Origin: Methanocellales archaeon
Lineage (GTDB): Archaea; Halobacteriota; JAWCLZ01
Assembly (NCBI GenBank): GCA_038850285.1
Contig: JAWCMA010000006.1
Span: 1 to 18,255, forward strand
DNA: 18,255 nucleotides
Reading direction: 5' to 3'
Positions 12,531 through 18,255 of this stretch are shown one piece after another (the first letter of the stretch is position 1; the number at the start of each line of letters is the position of its first letter). The position numbers and the translations under genes were made by a program. Under the pieces are notes generated by a model. The model was given only the letters and a program-made list of their open reading frames with translations. It was not told the origin of the DNA and did no database searches.

Positions 12531-12592
12531 CCCTATACATATTAATTGGAAGGGATGCAAAGTTCAGCATCATTTAGCTTTTTATCAAAACA

Positions 12593-12775
12593 TCAAAACA
12601 TAAGCGAACTCCTACATGCATTGCACTGTTCGTCCTCTTGATCAAGTGGAATTAAAATCAGCTTTTTGCATTTTAAGCAGCGAACCTGCTTGAGCCCATC
12701 TCTGCAAGCAAGAGAAGCCATTAAGTCTTCCAAGCTGGCGCCACAAGGGAAATCGCTCTCGCAGTCTCTATTCAA
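12593..12775 (-). CDS. Small Cys-rich protein with CxxC...CxxC zinc ribbon (60 aa)
   Basis: 7 Cys, including CLKC and CNAC. TTG start 6 nt after the wHTH stop, with AAGTGA upstream. Confidence 0.75.
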   Translation of the reverse strand: MNRDCESDFPCGASLEDLMASLACRDGLKQVRCLKCKKLILIPLDQEDEQCNACRSSLMF

Positions 12776-12781
12776 GTTTAA

Positions 12782-13207
12782 TCACTTAGCCATTTTTACA
12801 CCATGGCTTTGCGAGGTAGAGACCCCAAGCGCTTTCTCAGTTTCAAGTTCGCTCGATAAGCTAAGGGTTATTTCATATATTCTTTTGCCCTTCTCAGTTA
12901 GAATGTACTGCTTGAAAATTCCCTTTTCAATTAAACCCTCTGTTTCAAGGTCATTCAAATGATCTATTATATTCGAGCGAGAGCGCGCCATCTCCTCCGG
13001 GACATCCTGCTCAGCCAAGTCTTTTTTATACTGACAGTATATCATAGTAGAGGTTAAACCCTGGGGTTCGTGATATAGAAGATTCATTATGTAAAGGCGT
13101 GCAAAGCTCTTGATAATACTTCTCAATCCAGAAGATGTAAGCACTTGATAAACTTCCCGTACCCCTTTTTCAGTGCTACCTTCAGACACAAATGAAATTA
13201 TGATCAA
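12782..13207 (-). CDS. Winged helix-turn-helix transcriptional regulator (ArsR/PadR-like)
   Basis: The pattern ARLYIMNLL...SRSNIIDHLNDLETEGLIEK...YILTEKGK is typical of a wHTH. The start is uncertain (TTG 13207 or GTG 13144). Confidence 0.8.
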   Translation of the reverse strand: MIIISFVSEGSTEKGVREVYQVLTSSGLRSIIKSFARLYIMNLLYHEPQGLTSTMIYCQYKKDLAEQDVPEEMARSRSNIIDHLNDLETEGLIEKGIFKQYILTEKGKRIYEITLSLSSELETEKALGVSTSQSHGVKMAK

Positions 13208-13255
13208 GGCATATTTAAGTGTATTTATATGATTTTATTCTAATCCAATTTTTTT

Positions 13256-13269
13256 AATGATTAATCATT
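13256..13269. promoter_or_regulatory. Perfect 14-bp palindrome, candidate operator
   Basis: AATGATTAATCATT lies between the divergent wHTH and hflX genes. Confidence 0.45.
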
Positions 13270-13357
13270 TATTGAAAAAAAAGAAGAAATGAAAAAATAA
13301 TTTTATTTAAAAAAATCAGAAAAAGAAAAAAGAAAAAATAAAGAAGGTGATTTTGAT

Positions 13358-14599
13358 ATTAAAGCAATTCTAATAAAACGCATAGATGATGATGAAAATA
13401 GGGACTCGCTAAGAGAACTCGAGGCACTTGCGAGATCAGCGAATTATGAAGTCATGGATATAGTGGTGCAGAGAACAAAGCCAAATCCAACATATCAAAT
13501 TGGAAAAGGAAAGATTTTGGAAATAGCAAAGTTTGTTGAGGAGAAAAAATGCGATAAATTGATCTTCGATAACTTACTCACCCCTGTGCAGAGCTACAAT
13601 CTCTCTAAAGTCTGCGGAGTGGAAGCGATCGATCGCTTGAATCTAATTCTCGAGATCTTTGCTCTTCGAGCAGGCACTAGAGAAGCTAAGCTTCAAGTTG
13701 AACTCGCTAAGCTAAGCTATGAGCTTCCCAAAGCAAAGCTGAAAGTCAAACTTGCGAAGAGGGGAGAGCAGCCTGGATTTCGAGGCCTTGGTAAATATGA
13801 AGCAGAGGTATATGAGCTTGAAATCAAAAAGAAGATCCACAAGCTCAAAGAGCAGCTTAAAACTGTGGCTAAAGAGAGGGACTCCCTGAGACTGAAGCGC
13901 AGGGAAATGGGATTCGACTTAGTAGCACTCGCAGGCTACACCAATGCAGGCAAAACCACGCTCCTAAATGCACTTACAAATGAAAATGCACTGGTAAGCG
14001 ATGAACTTTTCACAACCTTGGTACCGAAAACTCGGAGGCTGCCGTTGGATCATAGAAATGTACTGCTCACAGATACCGTTGGCTTCATAAGAGACCTCCC
14101 TCCCTGGCTTATTGAAGCCTTCCACTCCACCTTGACTGAGATTTACCTAGCTGATGTAATTTTGCTGGTAGTGGATATAAGCGATGATTTAACTGTACTT
14201 GAGAGAAAGCTTGAAACGAGCTTGAGCACCTTGCGCGGAGAAATAAAAGCCACGCCTATAATCACAGTTTTAAATAAATGCGACTTAGTAGATAAAGAGC
14301 AAATTGAGCGCAAGCTAGATAGAATAAATCATTTGATTTCCAATCCGGTGCTGGTTTCATCGAAGCAAGAGATCGGTTTCCAAGAATTGAAGCAGAAGAT
14401 CTTAGAAGCACTTCCACCTTGGCGCAAGGGAAAAGCGGTTCTTTCTCAAACTGATGAACACCTCGCATTATTATCTTGGCTTTTCAAAAGCGCTTGGATA
14501 ACCTCTATAAACTTTAATGAAAAAATTGAAGTTGAATTTCAAGCAAGAGAAGATATATACGCGAGGATAAATAAAAGCCTAGGCTTGCACTTAGACTAG
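13358..14599 (+). CDS. hflX: Ribosome-associated GTPase HflX
   Basis: Motifs GYTNAGKT, LFTTL, DTVGF, NKCD, DRLNLILEIFALRA and EAKLQVELA. The HflX-like N-terminus (KAILI...SLRELEALARSANYEV) continues in frame upstream of the track start (13454) to ATT 13358, which has SD AAGGTGA. Confidence 0.95.
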   Translation: MKAILIKRIDDDENRDSLRELEALARSANYEVMDIVVQRTKPNPTYQIGKGKILEIAKFVEEKKCDKLIFDNLLTPVQSYNLSKVCGVEAIDRLNLILEIFALRAGTREAKLQVELAKLSYELPKAKLKVKLAKRGEQPGFRGLGKYEAEVYELEIKKKIHKLKEQLKTVAKERDSLRLKRREMGFDLVALAGYTNAGKTTLLNALTNENALVSDELFTTLVPKTRRLPLDHRNVLLTDTVGFIRDLPPWLIEAFHSTLTEIYLADVILLVVDISDDLTVLERKLETSLSTLRGEIKATPIITVLNKCDLVDKEQIERKLDRINHLISNPVLVSSKQEIGFQELKQKILEALPPWRKGKAVLSQTDEHLALLSWLFKSAWITSINFNEKIEVEFQAREDIYARINKSLGLHLD

Positions 14600-15051
14600 T
14601 AATTTAAAAAGGAATCAATTGGGCGAGCCCCTTCAATTTCCCTCTTAGTTATCGCCACTTTATCGATGACATCTTCCTCGATGTAAATTGGAGCACTTGC
14701 TCTAATAGCTAGAGCGATGCAATCGCTTGGTCTAGCATCAATATTGGCTTCCTCATCTCCATTACTCACATAGAGCCTTGCATAGTAAATCTGCTCATCA
14801 AGGTCGTCTATAACGATTTTTATAATTCTTGCCCCCAAGGTGTTGAGAATTGACATTATTAGGTCATGAGTCATTGGCCTTGGAGAAACCTCATTTTTAA
14901 GCGCAGCATTGATGGAGATCGCTTCAGGAAAGCCAATGTATATGGGCACAATGCGCTCTTTATCATCAGCTAGCAGTACAACTGGCGTGGGACCTGAAAT
15001 CGTGCTAAGGATATACACGCCTTTTACATTTACTGAAATTGAATTTGCCAT
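14596..15051 (-). CDS. Bifunctional nuclease family protein (DUF151/BFN)
   Basis: Motifs VPIYIGFPEA, PRPMTHDL and IDARPSDCIALA. ATG at 15051. 4-bp convergent overlap (CTAG) with hflX. Confidence 0.92.
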   Translation of the reverse strand: MANSISVNVKGVYILSTISGPTPVVLLADDKERIVPIYIGFPEAISINAALKNEVSPRPMTHDLIMSILNTLGARIIKIVIDDLDEQIYYARLYVSNGDEEANIDARPSDCIALAIRASAPIYIEEDVIDKVAITKREIEGARPIDSFLNY

Positions 15052-15143
15052 TAAAAGGAAAATAACACCCCTACTATATGAAGATATTGATCTAAATAGT
15101 TTTATTATAACAAGTGGCAAGAATATCGATGGAGGGGTAACTT

Positions 15144-16781
15144 TTGGAAGAGGTAATGACAGTAATTCCTCTAGATATAAAGCGGAAATTGAGAGAAGAA
15201 TTTGAGATATTGAGGCGTAGGATAGCGATATGTGTGTTCACTAGGGAAGGAGAGAATGAGCAGTTCAACCTTTTCTCCATAAAACTGGTGCAAGAACTAT
15301 CACAGTTAAGCGATAAAATAGAGGCAAATTTTTATAAAATAAGCGAGCTAGAGTCAGAGAAATATAATATCAAGCGATCGCCAACAATACTTATCGATCC
15401 TGAGAATTTTAATATAAGATATACAGGTGCTCCAGCTGGAGAAGAAGGCCGATCCTTCATTGAATCGATTTTAATGGCTTCTCTAGGGATTAGCGTGCTT
15501 GCAAAGCAATCTAGAGAAAAACTTGCTAAGCTTAAGGAAAAACGCCATATAATGGTATTCGTCAGTCCAACCTGTCCTTATTGCCCGCAGCAAGTGATAT
15601 ATGCAGTAGCAGCAGCGATTGAGAGAAAAGATCTAGTTTCAGCTGAAATTATAGAGATATTTGAAAATGAAGATCTCGCGAGAGAATATAACGTGCTCTC
15701 AGTTCCTCAAACAGCCATCAATGGAAAAATCATTTCAATTGGATTAGAATCAGAGGAAGCATTCATCGAAGAAGTGCTCACCATGATCCCTCAAAAAATT
15801 GCTCAGCCAGTGGCCAAGGAAGAGGAAGTGACTGAAGTGGATCTCGCAATTGTAGGAGCTGGGCCTGCTGGTTTGACAGCTGCTATATATGCTGAGAGAA
15901 GCGGACTTAAAACGCTGGTGCTTGAAAAGGCAAATATAGGAGGACAAGCAGCAATCACGCCAATCGTTGAAAACTATCCAGGTTTCACTAGAATACCTGG
16001 AAAAGCACTTATGGAATTAATGGCACACCACGCAATGCACTATGCTAGAATTCATCAAGGAGAAGAAGTACTTGCAATCAAGTCAAATAAGCAATTTGAG
16101 GTAATCACGAATAAAAGAAAATATCTCGCTAGAGGAATAATCTTGGCAACTGGAGCGGTGCATAGAAAATTAGATGTGCCTGGAGAGGATAGATTATATG
16201 GAAGGGGCGTTAGCTACTGCGCTACTTGCGATGGTTATTTCTATAGAGGGAAAAAAGTTTTGGTAATCGGCGGGGGGAACAGCGCAGTTTCCGAGGCTCT
16301 TTATCTAGATAGCATAGGTGCAAATGTAACCCTAGTTCATCGAAGAGATAAACTCAAAGCTGAAGCTAAACTCCAGCAAATTCTTGCGGAGCGGAAAATC
16401 CCAGTGCTCTGGAACTCCAAGGTTAGAGAAATACTAGGTAAGGAGATCCTCACTTCCGTGAAAATTGAGAATGTAGCGGAGGGAAAAGTAACTGAATACC
16501 CTGTGGATGGAATTTTTATTTCCATCGGCTATGAACCAGCCAATGGACTTGCGAAGCAGCTTGGGCTCAAACTCGATGAAGAGGGATATATTAAAGTGGA
16601 CAGACACCAGCGCACAAGCATGCCCTTTGTATACGCCGCAGGCGATGTAACAGGAGGGGTTAAGCAAATAGTAACTGCTGTTGGAGAAGGCTCAGTCGCA
16701 GCTATAACTGCCTTTGAAGACCTCTCAAGTCCATACTGGAGGGAAAAAAATAAGCAGAATTTTTTTGATAATTTAATATAG
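15144..16781 (+). CDS. AhpF-like fusion: N-terminal double-thioredoxin (PDO-type) domain plus NADPH-dependent thioredoxin reductase
   Basis: N-terminal PDO-like region with CPYC (residues 144-147) and cis-Pro SVP. The TrxR part has GAGPAG, ENYPG, SYCATCDG, GGGNSA, VHRRD and YAAGDV. TTG start after GGAGG. Confidence 0.9.
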   Translation: MEEVMTVIPLDIKRKLREEFEILRRRIAICVFTREGENEQFNLFSIKLVQELSQLSDKIEANFYKISELESEKYNIKRSPTILIDPENFNIRYTGAPAGEEGRSFIESILMASLGISVLAKQSREKLAKLKEKRHIMVFVSPTCPYCPQQVIYAVAAAIERKDLVSAEIIEIFENEDLAREYNVLSVPQTAINGKIISIGLESEEAFIEEVLTMIPQKIAQPVAKEEEVTEVDLAIVGAGPAGLTAAIYAERSGLKTLVLEKANIGGQAAITPIVENYPGFTRIPGKALMELMAHHAMHYARIHQGEEVLAIKSNKQFEVITNKRKYLARGIILATGAVHRKLDVPGEDRLYGRGVSYCATCDGYFYRGKKVLVIGGGNSAVSEALYLDSIGANVTLVHRRDKLKAEAKLQQILAERKIPVLWNSKVREILGKEILTSVKIENVAEGKVTEYPVDGIFISIGYEPANGLAKQLGLKLDEEGYIKVDRHQRTSMPFVYAAGDVTGGVKQIVTAVGEGSVAAITAFEDLSSPYWREKNKQNFFDNLI

Positions 16782-16814
16782 TCCATTGGTATACAAAACA
16801 TGGGGATTGACTTG

Positions 16815-17066
16815 ATGGCTAAATATACCATTGGCAATGTAGAAAAACATGAACTCGAGATTGACTTTATAAGATGGATGAGGAAGCTAAAGGTAAAAAT
16901 AGATGGAGCTGAAACTGAGAAATGGGACTCCCTTTTAAATGGGGACTCGGTAAATTTAGAGTTGGGCAGAGAAGAGAAACATAGAGTTGACATCAAAATA
17001 GGAGGTATATTCGTACCCACTTTAAGTATTTACGTAGATGGAACTCCATTAGCTCAGGAAATATAA
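16815..17066 (+). CDS. Hypothetical small beta-rich protein with internal duplication
   Basis: Two repeats of G..EKH.h.h.h...L.h.hDG. Start is ATG 16815 or ATG 16800. Confidence 0.75.
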   Translation: MAKYTIGNVEKHELEIDFIRWMRKLKVKIDGAETEKWDSLLNGDSVNLELGREEKHRVDIKIGGIFVPTLSIYVDGTPLAQEI

Positions 17067-17130
17067 CATATAACTATACATTCCAAAATCACGCTATTTC
17101 AAAATACCTTGTTATATTGCAAATAAATAA

Positions 17131-17152
17131 CAAATCCTAGGTTAAGGATTTG
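17131..17152. promoter_or_regulatory. Inverted repeat (candidate operator or hairpin) upstream of the FAD oxidoreductase promoter
   Basis: CAAATCCT-N6-AGGATTTG has perfect 8-bp arms, extendable with one mismatch to 17125-17158. It lies just before TATAAATA at 17164-17171. Confidence 0.55.
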
Positions 17153-17220
17153 CTATTTTTAGATATAAATAGAAAAAATAATCAAGTTCAAGACCAAACT
17201 CTTTTTCAAAAGGTGGAATT

Positions 17221-18255
17221 ATGAGTGGCAATATCCTTGATAAGCTCATCGAAATAGTAGGTAGAGATAGAGTTACAGCTGATCCCGCAGATCTATACTG
17301 CTACTCCTATGACTCATCATATATATCTGGAAAGGCGGACTACGTGGTTATACCGCTCTCTACCGAGGAAATTGTTAAAATCGTTAAACTCGCTAATGAA
17401 TATAAAATACCAATAGTGCCAAGAGGGGGGGGAAGTGGATTAACCGGGGGTGCTGTGCCAATAAAGGGAGGCATTGTTCTCGATATGCGTAGAATGAATA
17501 GAATTTTGGAAATAGACATCGAAAACCTTCAAGTACTTGTGGAACCAGGGGTAATTTTAGATAATTTAAATGCTGCGCTTAAAAAATACAACTTCTTCTT
17601 TCCCCCTGATCCAGCTAGTTCAGATACCTGTACAATTGGAGGGGTTATCTCTAACAATGCAAGTGGCATGCGCTCCATAAAATATGGAATATGCCGAGAC
17701 TATGTTTTAGACTTAGAAGTGGTCACGCCAGATGGAGAAGTAATAAACACCGGCTCAAAGGCACTTGTTTCCTCTTCAGGCTATGACCTCACTCGTTTAT
17801 TCGTTGGATCCGAGGGCACCCTTGGAATTATCACCAAGGCGAGACTTAAAATACTTCCCCTCCCCGAAGCCTCAGCTAGAGTTATTGCCTATTTCGATGA
17901 TATTGAGAAAGCGGGTAATGCGGTGGTTAAAACTCTATCATCTGGCATTTTACCAAGTGCAATTGAACTCATGGATAGAAGTGGCATAACTGCAGTGAAA
18001 AAATGCCTACCGGAGATAAAGCTCCCTGATGCAGATGCTATGCTGCTATTTGAAATAGATGGTCTGAAGGAAGCGGTGGAGAGGCAAGCGAAGATGGTTG
18101 CAGATGCATGCTTAGCTGCTGGAGCAACTTCAGTAGCGATTCCCAAGACTAAGCAGGAGGGAGATGAACTCTGGGCTGCGCGAAAAAATGTAGGTGTTGC
18201 GGTTACGAGACTCGTGCCGGAGTATGTTAGAGTTTATGATGCAGAGGATGTGGGA
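17221..18255 (+). CDS. FAD-linked oxidoreductase, GlcD/D-lactate dehydrogenase (FAD_binding_4) family (partial, runs off right edge; not in ORF track)
   Basis: ATG 17221 after SD AGGTGG. Hand translation: MSGNILDKLIEIVGRDRV...PRGGGSGLTGGAVP...PPDPASSDTCTIGGVISNNASG...KYG...GYDLTRLFVGSEGTLGIITKA. Open to the end of the window. Confidence 0.92.
   Translation, partial: MSGNILDKLIEIVGRDRVTADPADLYCYSYDSSYISGKADYVVIPLSTEEIVKIVKLANEYKIPIVPRGGGSGLTGGAVPIKGGIVLDMRRMNRILEIDIENLQVLVEPGVILDNLNAALKKYNFFFPPDPASSDTCTIGGVISNNASGMRSIKYGICRDYVLDLEVVTPDGEVINTGSKALVSSSGYDLTRLFVGSEGTLGIITKARLKILPLPEASARVIAYFDDIEKAGNAVVKTLSSGILPSAIELMDRSGITAVKKCLPEIKLPDADAMLLFEIDGLKEAVERQAKMVADACLAAGATSVAIPKTKQEGDELWAARKNVGVAVTRLVPEYVRVYDAEDVG

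Noticed and set aside
10640-13350. Mobile element or provirus explanation for the GT3/microprotein/wHTH block
   Set aside because: There is no integrase, transposase, tRNA attachment site or flanking repeat, and no obvious compositional shift in the coding parts.
14596-14599. Convergent stop overlaps (hflX/DUF151, 4 bp; also methionine synthase/GT3, 14 bp)
   Set aside because: These are common in compact archaeal genomes and are not evidence of a special mechanism.
7910-18146. Short shadow ORFs (7910-8188, 8402-8752, 9059-9250, 12666-12962, 14909-15205, 16529-17020, 17765-17989, 17889-18146 and others)
   Set aside because: They overlap better-supported genes. The last two lie inside the GlcD-like gene, which the ORF track missed because it has no stop in the window.

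Overview
An archaeal chromosomal segment, about 40% GC by eye, with TATA/BRE promoters and GGTGA-type Shine-Dalgarno sites. The gene content (gyrase, Tes, CarS-PyrE, core methionine synthase) fits an anaerobic Halobacteriota/Methanosarcinia-like lineage; this taxonomy is an inference. From left to right on the minus strand: a partial lipoprotein, a LeuB-family dehydrogenase, gyrA, gyrB and the tetraether lipid synthase tes. Divergent from tes on the plus strand: carS, pyrE, a hypothetical gene, a stand-alone ferredoxin:thioredoxin reductase catalytic subunit, a Cys-containing hypothetical gene and a core (folate-independent, MesC-like) methionine synthase. Next comes a minus-strand trio of a winged-helix regulator, a 7-Cys microprotein and a divergent GT3 glycogen-synthase-like glycosyltransferase. 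The rest is hflX (apparently starting at ATT), a DUF151 nuclease, an AhpF-like PDO-TrxR fusion, a small two-repeat beta protein and a partial GlcD-like FAD oxidoreductase. No tRNA, rRNA, CRISPR array, transposase or intein was seen. The best leads are the wHTH/Zn-microprotein/GT3 module, the ATT-initiated hflX, the head-to-head tes/carS lipid locus and the FTR/Cys-ORF/MesC-like cluster.
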